61,366 nt of DNA, taken from contig NW_015159727.1 in NCBI RefSeq assembly GCF_001447785.1, positions 553,060 through 614,425 on the forward strand, in the 5' to 3' direction. Both the position numbers and the translations under genes were made by a program. The notes below the pieces were generated by a model that made no database searches, was not told the DNA's origin, and saw only the letters and a list, made by a program, of their open reading frames with translations. The DNA comes from Gekko japonicus (Eukaryota). Positions 47,312 through 60,167 of the stretch are shown here, one piece after another. The stretch's first letter is position 1, and each line of letters starts with the position of its first letter.

Positions 47312-48597
47312 GCTAGTCCCAGGGCTTCAAAACACATATGTTGCTGCACCCTTTTGGGTTTGGGTCTCAGGTGGTCTCAGAAGTTTGAGCCACCATGTCT
47401 ATGTACATCATTGCACCCTTTCAGGTTTGGGTCTCAGGTGGTTCCAGGGCTTTGAGTCACCATGTCTACTTATATCATTGTACCCTTTTGGGTTGGGTCT
47501 CAGCTGGACTCAGAGCTGTGAAAGCAGCTGTGCCTCCCACCTGCTTGAATCATGGGGCTTCATTTCCAGGCCACCATTTGGAAACATTTCCTCACCCTCT
47601 CTCTTTGCCCTTAAAAACCTGCCTTTGGTGAGTGGGGGTGGGGCCTGACAGCTCAACATGTGTGTTTCCATTCCTTTGCAGAGTAGGAAAATACACACAG
47701 GGTGATGATGTAGTGTGTAGAGATGTGCANNNNNNNNNNNNNNNNNNNNNNNNNNNNNNNNNNNNNNNNNNNNNNNNNNNNNNNNNNNNNNNNNNNNNNN
47801 NNNNNNNNNNNNNNNNNNNNNNNNNNNNNNNNNNNNNNNNNNNNNNNNNNNNNNNNNNNNNNNNNNNNNNNNNNNNNNNNNNNNNNNNNNNNNNNNNNNN
47901 NNNNNNNNNNNNNNNNNNNNNNNNNNNNNNNNNNNNNNNNNNNNNNNNNNNNNNNNNNNNNNNNNNNNNNNNNNNNNNNNNNNNNNNNNNNNNNNNNNNN
48001 NNNNNNNNNNNNNNNNNNNNNNNNNNNNNNNNNNNNNNNNNNNNNNNNNNNNNNNNNNNNNNNNNNNNNNNNNNNNNNNNNNNNNNNNNNNNNNNNNNNN
48101 NNNNNNNNNNNNNNNNNNNNNNNNNNNNNNNNNNNNNNNNNNNNNNNNNNNNNNNNNNNNNNNNNNNNNNNNNNNNNNNNNNNNNNNNNNNNNNNNNNNN
48201 NNNNNNNNNNNNNNNNNNNNNNNNNNNNNNNNNNNNNNNNNNNNNNNNNNNNNNNNNNNNNNNNNNNNNNNNNNNNNNNNNNNNNNNNNNNNNNNNNNNN
48301 NNNNNNNNNNNNNNNNNNNNNNNNNNNNNNNNNNNNNNNNNNNNNNNNNNNNNNNNNNNNNNNNNNNNNNNNNNNNNNNNNNNNNNNNNNNNNNNNNNNN
48401 NNNNNNNNNNNNNNNNNNNNNNNNNNNNNNNNNNNNNNNNNNNNNNNNNNNNNNNNNNNNNNNNNNNNNNNNNNNNNNNNNNNNNNNNNNNNNNNNNNNN
48501 NNNNNNNNNNNNNNNNNNNNNNNNNNNNNNNNNNNNNNNNNNNNNNNNNNNNNNNNNNNNNNNNNNNNNNNNNNNNNNNNNNNNNNNNNNNNNNNNN

Positions 48598-49485
48598 AGA
48601 AGAATCCCTGCCCAGTCAAATAGGAGAAGTTATCTCTGAAAAGTAGATATTCCTCCATCTAATGTGATTGGAAACTGCTTGTGGAGACTTTGAAAGTCAG
48701 TCAACAACTCAAGAAGATTTTTGGTGTTCCAAGAGAAGGGGTTTGGGTACTGGGAAGAGGTTACCAGCCTTCTGGGCACCAAAAGAGACTGCTATTATAC
48801 AAATAAAGAGAGCTGGAGTGGTTTGGGAAAACCCAGGAACAAAAGCCTCTCAAAATAAAGAACTATAGTAACTGTGATTAAGTCAAGAAACTCTCACTAG
48901 CCTGATCTATAAGAATAAGAGTTTGTGCTTAATACTATTTTACCTCAGTATTTTCAGTCCCAAAACTTCACCTAACCTTTTCCCCTTGATGTAAAATAAA
49001 ACCTTCTGTTAATTTTGAATTTTAAAAGTACCTGAAGTGCCATTTTCTGTCATTCAAGTTAAAGGAAGACCCTAACCCTTCCCTCAGGTCCTGGGCTAAA
49101 AAAATACCCATTACATATTACTGACACAGGGTGGGACTGCTAAATCTATTTTATAGAGAAGAATACATGCTACCAGGGCTTCTCAATCTCTGAAGGAGCC
49201 AAAAAGAAAAAATAAGGGAAATCTTGCCTCTGGGGGAGGCAGGGCCGGATTTAGACTTGCTGAGGCCCTAAGCTATACAAAACACAGAGGCCCCCTACTG
49301 TTTTAAATTACATCAGCTGGTCTCAGAAAAATTTAAAATATATACGCCTTTTTAATATTTGAAATAATTTTTTATATTGTGTTTTTATTCGAGGCCCCAG
49401 CAGATTGCGAGGCCCTAAGCTGTAGCTTATTTAGCTTATGCGTAAATCCGGCACTGGGGAAAGGGAAGTGGGCAGGGTCTATCAT
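48598..49485 (+). mobile_element. 3' part of a second, related LTR-like element
   Basis: cctcaggtcctgggct...acagggtgggac...aagggaaat parallels 46175-46232 and 47265-47311; AATAAA at ~48995. Confidence 0.5.
49240..49456. mobile_element. hAT (Tip100-like) MITE
   Basis: TIR CAGGGCCGGATTTA / TAAATCCGGCACTG; 6/8 TSD match; internal GAGGCCCTAAGCT repeats. Confidence 0.8.
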
Positions 49486-50858
49486 ATCATGGTGACTCAT
49501 GATGGTTTGTGAAGAACTCCTTCGGCTCTTCATGAGAATCAGCTGAGTGGCTGGGAGCTCCCCACTGCTCAGCTGTTTGGTTTAAATGGCTCAGAACCAT
49601 TTAACCCTGCTTTCTGCTCCCTGCGGCTTTCTACCAGAAGCAGAAAACAGGAGTTTAAATAGCCATGCTTTCTACTCCCTGTGAAAAGTCACAGGGAACA
49701 GAAGGCAGGGCCATTTACCTCCCAGATATTTAAATCATGCCTTTAGTTCCCCATGGCTTTCTGCTTCTCACAAAAAGCTGTGAGGAACAGAAAGGAGAGT
49801 TTAAATGGAAGAGGTAAAGTGCCTTCCTGGGGACACTTCACCACCACCTTTCCGTTGGCTGTGGCTTTCCATGGCCAACAGAAAGGTGAAAGGGAAATCC
49901 CTTCCCAGGAGATCTCCCCCACACACACCTTCTACTGGCCAGGGTTCAGAAATGCGGAAGGGAAGTCCCTTCACAGGAGTTCTTCCCCCCCCCCCACCTT
50001 CTGCTGGCCCAGTCTCACCAGGGCCATCAGAAAGGTGGAAGGAAAATCCCTTCCTGGATGATCTCCCTTCCCTTTCTGCTTGCTGCTGTTTTTTGGGCTG
50101 TCTTCTGCAATCTTTTTAATGTTTAAAGGGACTGCCAAAGACAGCCTGAAACAGCTGCAGGGAGTGTCTCCCTGCCACACAGCTGTTTTTCACACTGGGA
50201 CCACACAAGACAACCTGGAACTGTTTTTTCAGTCTTTCTGCAAATCCCATTTAAAGGGACTGCAATCTCTCTCAAAGGGGATTGCATGGCCACAAAACAC
50301 GCAAACCGGTTTGGTTCATATACAAACCTCCTGGTTCTGTTTGATTCTGGGTTTGGTTCGTGGTTAGCAGAAATAAACCACTTTTTCCAGGTTCATGTTG
50401 TATGGTTTCCAGCATGACAATGTGTGTGACATGGTTTGAACACATAAAGTACTATGGTAATGCTAAACATTGTTGATGTTGTTGATAATTAAAAATAACA
50501 TTTCTGATGCGTTAATGTTAGAGGAGAAATGAGAAACCTCTAAATTTACATAGCAAAGATTGCATATCTAGTAAAGTAGTTTCAAGTTTCTATACTGTAG
50601 TGCAGGATAAGACAGAGCAAATGCTAGTTTCATGTTTGACAACTCTGTGGTTCAACCAGCAGTATGGAGTGTCTTAGGGAAAAGACATGTGCTTTTGGGG
50701 TCTCCTGCATTGATTGCAAAGAATCAGCCATGACTACACATCCCATATTGATTTTGCACTTGGTTTCTGTGTGCCATGTGCAGTGTCAATGGTAAAGGTT
50801 GTGGATTTTGAAGGCAAAGTGTCTAGGTAGCCTTTCACTTAGTTACATGAGTGCATAT

Positions 50859-52815
50859 AAACATAAGAACATCCCTACTAGATCAGACCAGTGGTCCATC
50901 TAGTCTAGCAATCTATTTCAAACAGTGGCCAACCATTTGCGCCCTGGGGGGCCAACAGACCAAGGTCTTCCATTGATGTTTCCTCCTACACTGGTATTCA
51001 GAGGTTTGCTTCCTCTGACTATGGATATTGGCTTTAGTCATCATGGTTAGTAGTAATTGGTGGGCCTATTATCCATGAATCTTGATGATTCCTTTGAAAG
51101 TCATCTGTGCTTGTCATGGGCATCACTACATCTAAGTGAATTCTACAATGTAACTCATTAGGTAAACAAGTATTTCCTTTTGTCTATCCTGAACCTATCA
51201 CCAATTGACTTCATTGTTTCCTTCTGAGTTCTAGTTTTATGGGAAAGGGAGAAAAAGTTCCCTTTCTCTTCCCCAGGCATAATTTCAAAAACGTCTGTGA
51301 TGTAGGCTTCTCAAATCCCCCCGGGGGGCGGGGAAACCCCCGCCCCAGAGGCCCGTTCCCCAGCGGTGGCGCATCGGGCCCCGGGGGGAACTCCTCCCCG
51401 ACGTGCGCATCACCTGGAAGTGACGCGACCACGCCGGGCACGCTGGGGGTGGGGCCACGGCCATCCGAGGGAAAACTCTATGGTTTTCCCTTGTATGGCC
51501 GTGGCCCCGCCCCTAGCATGCCTGGCATCATCACGTAACTTCCAAGTGATGTGCATGCAGTGTGCACGCGCCAGATGCCAGCAGGGAACCCCCTGCTCCC
51601 GGCGAAGATCGACTTGGCAACCCTACTGTGATGTCTCTCCTTAGTTGTGCCTCACTCTTTAATCTTTCCTCATAGGAAAGGGCCCCAACCCCTTAATCAG
51701 CATGATTGCTCTCTTCTGTATTTTTTCTAGCTCTGCAATATCCTTTTGGAGATACAGTGGTCAGAACTGCACATAGTACTCCAGATGTTGCTGCACCATA
51801 GACCTATACAAAGCATTACAATATTGGCCATTTTATTTTCAGCTCCTTTGCTAGTAATGTTGCTCATGGTTTTGCCTTTCTCACTGACATTTTTATTGAA
51901 CTATCCATTTCAACACTATGCTTGTCTTTCCCTCGCATGGTCAGCCAATTCAGACCACACCAGCACATATATATATATAAAGTTACGATTTTTTGTCCAG
52001 TGTCCACCTTACAATTGCCTAGTCTGAACTTCATTTGCTGCTTAACTGAATAATTTGGCATCATTTACAAATGTGGCTGATACACTGCTCACCCACAATT
52101 CCAAATCATTTATGAACAAATTAAATAGCACCAGTCCCAGTACTGATCCTTATGGTATCCACTGCTCACTTCCCTTTATTACAGTGACTGTCTATTTATT
52201 CCTACTCTCTTTTTCCTGTCGCTTAGCCAGTTTTTAATCCTGTTCTCTTATCCCATGACTGCTAAGCATACTCAGGAGTCCTTAGTGAGGTACCTTGTAA
52301 AAAGCCTTTTGGAAGGCCAAGTATATAATGTCTTCCAGATAGCCCTTATCCACATGTGCTTGTTAACTTGCTCAAAGAACGCCAAGGAGCTGGTAAGGCA
52401 GGAACCATGCTGACATTCCCTCAGCAGTCTATCTTTAATTCTACCTTTAATAACAATCTCTACTGATTTACCTCAAATAGATGTTATCCTAACTGGCCTG
52501 TAATTTTCTGAATTACCTCTTTCCAGTCCTCCTGTATGGAGGCCGGTTTTAGTGACAAGTTACATATACTAGTTAGTAGATCAACAGTATCTCAACTGAG
52601 TTCTTTAAGAACCCTTGGTGAATGCCATCTGTACCTGGAGACTTATTAACTTTTCAGTTTGCCTAATAGCCTATTAGTAACTTTATCGCTAATCACCTCA
52701 ATTATTGACTTACGTCTTCAGACACCCTTCCTGAAAACAGCTGCTCCCATATGCGTATGTGCCCTACATTTTCCACAGTGAAAACTGATGCAAAGAATTC
52801 ATTCAGTTTCTCTGC
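50859..52815 (-). mobile_element. Degraded CR1 LINE (3' end at left)
   Basis: aacataagaacat...gatcagacc..tggtccatctagtc tail; cagaactgcacatagtactccagatg (rc HLEYYVQF); gtcagcatgg and aactggcctgtaatt (rc NYRPV). Confidence 0.9.
51303..51625. mobile_element. Young, CpG-rich hAT MITE inserted in CR1
   Basis: Perfect 8-bp TSD CTGTGATG; ends TAGGCTTCTCA ... TGGCAACCCTA. Confidence 0.88.
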
Positions 52816-52821
52816 CACTGC

Positions 52822-52995
52822 TCCACCAAGGTCAGTAGTATCTACTCTCACTGACATTGGCTGTCCAGTGCCTCAGGTGGAAGTCTTTTACATCACCTAC
52901 TTTCTGAGCCTATTAATTATATATGTCAGGGTCCGAACCAAGAACTTTCTGCATGCAAAGCAAATGCTCTACTACTGAGTCACACACCTATCCCC
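52822..52995 (-). mobile_element. Squam3-like tRNA SINE
   Basis: Reverse complement matches 14555-14695 (ttctgcatgcaaagca.atgctctac.actgag). Confidence 0.78.
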
Positions 52996-55769
52996 CAATA
53001 CTTCCCATTCACGGAAATTGTGTATGTCTAGGAATGCCTTATTCTATTTTCTAGGCAATGTAGTTTATTGTAATAGATCAGGTCATGTCCACCCTAGCTT
53101 GGGATATGTCCAAGGGACAACTGGAACAGTCTTTTGGGTGACATCCTTCTCGGTTTTGTTGTGAAGAAATTCATACTTCGTTAATTCTCATCAATTTTCC
53201 TTACATAGTTTGTCCAGATATCATGAGGAATATTTTCCTTTTTGAAAATTTGCCACTTGAGATAACAAGTGAGGGTGCTTACTCACAAGGAGGTTTGTAT
53301 CAAATTGCAGTCTACTCATGTCTGAAGCCACTCACTGGAAGGACTCCTTCTAGACTGTCACATGTCTTCATCTCTGAGAACAGCTCTACTTTTGCTTTTT
53401 GTGCAACCAGCAAATAGAAAGGTATGTAATGAAACTATGACATAACATAAATGGGCTCAATTTTTAGGATTTGGTCAGTTTAATTTGATCAGCTCTGTAT
53501 TTCTGTGGCCAAAATCCCTATTCTCAAATAGTCTGTTGGACTGCATGTATGCATATATGAATTTGTAGTGAAACTCCTATCTTGGAACAAAGTGCCAGGT
53601 TTGAATCTCTAGGGTTACTCTTTCTTCTTTTTGCTATAAGCTACCATCCAGGTTCTCATTCAGATGTTTGGCTGTTACTTGCAACTTACACACTTTGGTT
53701 AATGCAAAATAAATACATTTATTTAAAGGAGAAAAGAAACCCGATGAACAAGCCGGATGCTACTCACTAGAAATGCTAAGTTCTCTGAGTTCAAGATACT
53801 AAAATCAAAAAGCCTCATGGTACAGAGATGAATCTACACACCAGTGTCTTCCTTTCAATACTTACAGGGATCTTGCTTTTGCAGAGTTACCTAGGCATCT
53901 AGATGAACACATTGTTTCCAGCTACCATAGTGGTTGAAAAGGCTTTGGCAGGTGGTAGCTCCCGCTATCCCTGCAGCCTGTCCTCAGTAATGCCCTCCTG
54001 GCTATTCTCTTAGCCAAAGGCTGATTCCATCACAGGTGCCAGAGAAGAGGGCAATAGCACAGCAGCAGTGGTGTCACTCAAGTGATTCAGCCAACAAGAG
54101 TAAAGCAGATAAGGACATGAATAACAGAGATTTAAGTTCAACAGGAGTCTATAAAACTGACTCTTTTCTCTTTTCTGTTTCTCACATGAAAAGCTTCCTT
54201 ATGATTAATGAGCAAGCTACCCATACTCTTAAAATTATATACAAAAGGAATCTCTCTCAGTTCTACTTTTCTATTGCTGGGATGGGTACTCTTTTCCCAT
54301 CAAGGAAAACATGGTCAACATCAGGGCCACCTCAATCATGAGGCAAGGTGGTAGCCTCAGGTGGAGGACTGGACAGGCAGCAGACTCTGCCTCCTCCCCC
54401 ATCTGCCACCATTTTGCCCTCAGTTTCATTGCCCTGGTATCATCCTCACCTCCATTCTGTTCCCCTGCCCCTGTCTTGCAAACCTGAGCAATCTGCTTGA
54501 TAAACAATGCAATATCTCAGGGAGCTCAGATTCAATCAACCATAAAGGCTAGTCCCAGCATACATTCTTTTCACCAGTCCACCTTTGTTCTTGACTAATA
54601 ATTTCCAGAAAACTTTGCAGACCATTCTGGATCTGGCAAAGGTAGTTAGGCCAAGTTCTAGACAAAATAGGAGAGCGTGCTGTCAAAAAAAAAAAAAGGA
54701 GGGATATCAGTCTTGGCAACACAGGACACCTGAAGGACTGCATTCTCCAGTATGAGCTTACTCACTTAGGTCAACTGGAGATCCCTTCCTCTGTGTTCCC
54801 CACCATCAACTGGAAGAGCTAGAAACATTTTTCTTCATTATTTTTTACAATTTATACCAGTTGAAACATTTTATTCCTTTTACTTTTGACTGCTCTGGCT
54901 ATCTGATTTCATCTTTTTTATTTTTACACTTTTAAAATTACATTTCGGTGCCTTGAGTCTTTCATGCTCTGCCTACCATACTACTACGGTTTATTCGCAT
55001 CAGTTTTAATACGGAGAGAGTAGGGTCTCTAAGGTGTGCTAATTGTCTGAAAGGAATCTGAATAGTGGCAATCTACTGATATTTTCATGCCTTTTAGTTA
55101 GAAAAAAACACACAAGGTGAAATGCAGAAGGCTAAAACAAAAACCTCTGTGTGACAGAAGCTATTCATTTTTTTAGCCATTTCTATGTGGAGATTTTTGA
55201 AATGGCCTCTTTTGTCAATCAGTTTGGCTTGTTGTAGATTCTGTATCATTTTTGCAAGTAAGAAGTCATGCACCTTCAAGACGTATAGTATATTGCAGTG
55301 TCACATCCCTGAACATAACAACCATTACCTCTTGAGAGTGTCAAAATGTAATATTCAAAGCATTAAACACTCCCCAGATTGCATGTGTTTCTGATCTAGT
55401 CTTTCCCATATAGCAAAAAGGTTGTTTTAGTTACCTAGATGCAGCAACCAAGATTGATAAGATTGTGATTTCCTTACTCCCCAGCAAAAGCTCATGCTAG
55501 ACATTATTGCAACTTCCAGTTCATAGTATTAGTGGCCATAATTGCAAGCATCTTTTTCAATAGTGTGTGCCCAAAGGGTTACCCATACATGTATAAAGGA
55601 TAATAAACAAGGAAAAGAGCGGGGTGGGGGGGAGAGAGAAGGGAACAAGCAGAGGGACCATGACTGAAATGTGACATTATTTACTTTTAAGTTAATTGTA
55701 AACTATATGGGGAAATGGCTGAAAAATACGGGTATTTATACAAAACAACAGGGACAGTCCTACATCACT

Positions 55770-56192
55770 TAGGGTTGCCAGACACACACACACACCCCCG
55801 CATGGAGACAGGATCCCCTGTCACGCAGGCACCACTGCCCTGCTGCTGATCAGATGGCCAGTGGAGGGGACTTACCCCCCAAAAGACCAAGGCCCGGTTG
55901 ATATTGCAGTGACATGTCTACATCACTTCCAACATGACCTGGAAGTGACATTATCATATCAACGATATCGGGGTGATGCTCTGGTATTTGGGCAAAAAAC
56001 TCTATGGTAGCAGCCAAATTTACCATAAACTTTTTGCCCAAATACCAGAGCGTTGGTCCAACATCAGTGTGTGATGATGTCATTTCTGGGTCATGTTGGA
56101 AGTGATGTAGACACATCATTGCAATATCAGCGAGGCCTCCCTCCTGGTCCCGGTAAATCCCTCCCGTCTCCCACCAGTTGCCAGCAAGCCTA
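55770..56192. mobile_element. Palindromic hAT-type MITE
   Basis: TAGGGTTGCCA ... GCAAGCCTA ends; internal hairpin gctctggtatttgggcaaaaa..tatggta / taccata..tttttgcccaaataccagagc. Confidence 0.75.
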
Positions 56193-56379
56193 AGCACACT
56201 CAAATTTTTTTCTGAGTTTCTCTCCTTCTGCAGTGATTCATGAAGTACATGTCTTCTTATCCCATGACTGAAATATACTCAGGTGGGTAGCCGTGTTGGT
56301 GAGTCAGGACACAAGCCTCATTGAACAAAGTGGGATTTTTTTCTGAGTAAACGTGCATAGGATTGCACAGCAACTGTTG

Positions 56380-56530
56380 AGTGCACTCATTTATCAAGTC
56401 CAGAAAAGCCCTTTCTTTGTCATGAACTGAGCGGACATTTGCCCAGTTAAAGTGAGAATAGTTGAAGTCCACTGTTATTACACTGCATCCCTTAGCAGCC
56501 TTTCTGACTTCTTCCACAACCCTTAAATGA
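56380..56530 (-). mobile_element. CR1 endonuclease fragment
   Basis: VITVDFNYSHFNW...ERAFLDLINEC. Confidence 0.7.
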
Positions 56531-59119
56531 CACTCGGAGATTTGGCAAGGTTGAACTCCAAACATTGTTACTTTCCAGGCCTAGTCTTTCTCAGCCCTCT
56601 CACCAGAAGGACATCTGTTCATCAACAAAGGAATGGGTCCCTTCTAAAGGACCCATACCAACTACCTCAACTAGAGTTGTTAAGAAGGATTGTCTTAATT
56701 CCTCTTTATCCCATTTCTCCCTGAACAAATTCCATTTTGATCAAAAGAGAAATTCAAAGAGAGGACAGGCAGGAAAGGAGCCTGTGCAGAATTTCAGAAT
56801 TTCATTCTGCAAATGCTCAGAAACATGCAATGCCTTCCCAAAACCTTCCTACCCTCCTACTAGAGCATCCCATGGTATATAACAGAAATTCTGCAAGGAA
56901 CAAAGTTATAGTTTTGGTGCACTGAGGTGCACATAGATGAGACATTGGAGACGGCTGGGAATCAACTGATACCAGTTGGGATTTGAAGCAGCTGGAGGCA
57001 AATGAAGTGGATGGCCATATTTCTACCTTTCTTTGAAAACGATGGCAGGACCAAGAAATTGGTTGATGATGCCAATGACCTGTGCCCATGTTGGACACTC
57101 CAAGGCAGTCAGCGGCTATGTATTTGCATCACCACCTGTCTTTGCTGCCATGCAACACGCATGGATGGCATGCCACCCCCCCGTTGTTGCTATTTAATGG
57201 TTGCCACCACTTACTATCTTCTGTCTCATTTCATCAGCCACTCCACTGCAAATTACAGACGTAACTGCCACTATTCTTTAGCTCACCATAAACTGGATTT
57301 AGATATCAACTGGTACAGTTTTGGGACAGGGGATTATTTGTTTTGCTTCTGTCTTTAAACACAAGCTCAAAATAGCCTCCTCCCAAGAATAGTACTTTGA
57401 CTACAGACCCCCATCTCCTGTTGAGTTAATTGCACTGCTGAACTAAGTTGGACTTCCTGCCTGTTTGATGTTGCTACATATTAGAAATCAATCCTCCAAA
57501 GACTTTCACCGGGCTCTGACCCAGTGTATGACCTAGACAGAATCATGCTTTTAATTAAATTATCCCATTATATCCTGTTAATAGCTGTTCTATCCAATTA
57601 TGACCAGCCGAAAGTAGAATTTGGTTCTATTTAGAGTAATTACCTGACAGAAGAATTTGGGTACAGTTCACTTTGGAGCCTATCTGTTCAAAGACGTCCA
57701 ATGTAATCATTAGAATGAAACAATTAATGAAAAGCAATTAGGTTTCCTGAATAAATTTCAGTATCCAAACCTGCCACTGCCACCATCACCTACTACTACT
57801 AAATGGTCTACTACCACATGTAGCCTTAATGGTTAAGTAAGCCAACAATATAAAATGGAATTGCAAAGGTGTACTTCTTTTTGTATGACTGGTCTAAGGA
57901 CTGTAGAAATAAACTGAACTGAATATAAAATGGAAATGAGGAATCCTGTTACAGCTTTAGTTACAATGCACAGGATGCCCTTACTGCCAAATAATAAAAT
58001 ATGCCCACAACTTCAGTATGATTAGTAATAACTCAGACTTTTAATGGTATTTTTACAAGGGTTTGAAATAAAAACAGTTAAACAAGGATGTAGAACTCTT
58101 TATACATGGTAGTAATTCAGGATCTTAGACTTTCCCAATTAACCTTAATACGTTGGCAATGAGAAAGAGTGGCATGTGGCTCAAAGGGAAAATGTCTGCC
58201 TTCAAAATATCATTCCATCTCAGGAAACTTTCACACACAGTAAAAAGTCAATACTTTTAACCATGGCAATTTCCTTGCACAATCTGGGCTATAATAAAAG
58301 CAGTCAATAAATAGCAATGATAGTAATCATACCAGATCCACAGTTTGGAATTCAAAATTATTTTAGTTCCTAATGTTAGGAAGCCCATAAACTACGTTGT
58401 AGGATTTAGAGAGAATCAACATAGACAGGCATTCATAGTAATATGTTTCCTTGGTGGCACCTAGTAGATGATCTTCTAAACAGGGTTTTTTTTTTTTTTG
58501 GGGGGGGGGGAGTTTGCCAACCAAGGGTAAGGAGGCTTGACTTCCTACTGAATGTTTCAGTGTCCAGAAATGGCTTGCTAGCAGCTCTATTGATAGGCGT
58601 GCTGAGAACATCACATAGCACACATTCATCAGATGAACATGTCTTCTTTCACACCCAGGCCTTACCCATGATGAGTCACACCTTGGATCAGTTCATCCCA
58701 ACCTCCACTATTTACACCTGAATTCAAGCACCAAGCTAAGCAGGTTTGTGATAGTGCAGTAGTTATGGTTGACGGGCTTTGCTCCTTTATTATTATTTTT
58801 TATTTGCCATTTTTGTACCTGTCCTGTAAGAGAAATCAAATTACAGGACCATGGTGAATCAGGTTATTAAAGTGCTCACATCACTTAGTTTGCCCCATCA
58901 TTCTGCCTATACAGTAGGAAGCATCATTTAAATGTTCCACTTAATGCCTTCTACTGGCAACTGCACAGACAGTTGAGGTCTATTGGGGTCAATTCAGTTA
59001 ACTTGCATAGTTTTACAATGTATTGGTCACAGAGCAATAGAATTCCTTTATTATTTTCACAATAAAACAACAACAAGTTAATGATCTGGGGGAAAATAAA
59101 TGTTGCAAAGAATGTTACA

Positions 59120-60142
59120 TGTATTAAGGCCTGATTAGTAGATTGTACCCAAAGGGTAACAGCTCCTGGTTCCCCATCAACCTGGAGGCAGGTGACAATT
59201 GGGGTGCCTCAGGGTTCTGTTTTAGGCCCAGTGCTGTTTAACATCTTTATAAATTATGAGGGAGATCAGAATATGCTCATCAAGTTTGTAGATGATACTA
59301 AACTGGGTGGGGTAGTTAAATATCATGGAGGATAGAAATAGGATGCTGCTGGAGTTGGATAGGATGGAGGATTTGGCCCAGGCAAATAAAATGAAGCTTA
59401 ATAGGGACAAGTGTAAAGTGTTGCATTTGGAAGTGAAAATCAGTTTTATAAATATTAGAAGGGAAAAACCTGGCTTGGTAGTACCGCCTGTGGAAAGAAT
59501 TTTTGGGTTCTAGTGGACAATAAGCTTAGTATGAGCTAGCAGTGTGATGTGGCAGTAAAAAAGGCTAATGCGATTTTAGGCTGCATTAGCAGAAGTGTGG
59601 TGTTAAAGTCATGCAAGGTATTGGTGCCACTGTACACTGCATTGGTTAGATCATAACTGGAGTACTGTGTTCAGTTTTTGGCACCACAGTTTAGGAAGTA
59701 TGTTAATAATCTGTATGGAGTCCAGCATAGGGCAATGAGGGATTTGGAAACCATGTCCTACGAGGAGCAGTTGAAGGAGCTGGGAATCTCTATGTTGGAG
59801 AAGAGATGTTTGCAAGGTACTTTGCCACCTTCTGATAGCTAAAGGACAGCCATGTGAAGAATGGGGCAGACATATTTTCAGTTGTGTTGGATGAAAGGAC
59901 CCTGAATAATGGATAAAAATTACAACAAAGGAAGTTTCATCTAAATTTGCAGAAGAACATCCTGATGGAGAGGTGTGTTCAACACTGGAACAGTCTTCCT
60001 CATGAGATGGTGGACTCTTTGTCATAGGAGGTTTTTAAGTCATGATTGGATTTCTACTTGTCAGAGATATTATAGCTGTAGTTCCTGCATTTGCAGGGGT
60101 TGGACTAGATGACCCTGGTGATCCTTTCCAACTCTGAGATTA
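59120..60142 (+). mobile_element. CR1 LINE 3' part
   Basis: [39 protein letters not shown]; 3' end ggggttggactagatgaccc...ttccaactctgagatt. Confidence 0.93.
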
Positions 60143-60167
60143 AAAAATAAACAATAAATAAATAAAT

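Larger units (their letters stand above)
45238..47515. repeat. ~67-bp minisatellite (about 5 + 3 units) split by an LTR
   Basis: cagggctttgagccac.atgtctac.t.t.tcattgcaccctttt.ggtttgggtctcag.tgg units at 45238-45571 and 47312-47515. Confidence 0.85.
42936..50398 (+). mobile_element. Large non-autonomous hAT (Ac-like) element carrying nested insertions
   Basis: Starts TAGGGATG; (g)aacc/ggttc subterminal repeats at both ends; BED-finger remnants at 44122 and 47567. The right TIR is not intact, so the right boundary is approximate. Confidence 0.55.

Noticed and set aside
47510-48658. ORFs of 300-380 aa
   Set aside because: Made almost entirely of Ns.
56924-57095. Frame EVHIDETLETAGNQLIPVGI*SSW...PFF...VDDANDL loosely resembles thioredoxin
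   Set aside because: No WCGPC motif, an in-frame stop and inconsistent spacing; likely chance without a search to support it.
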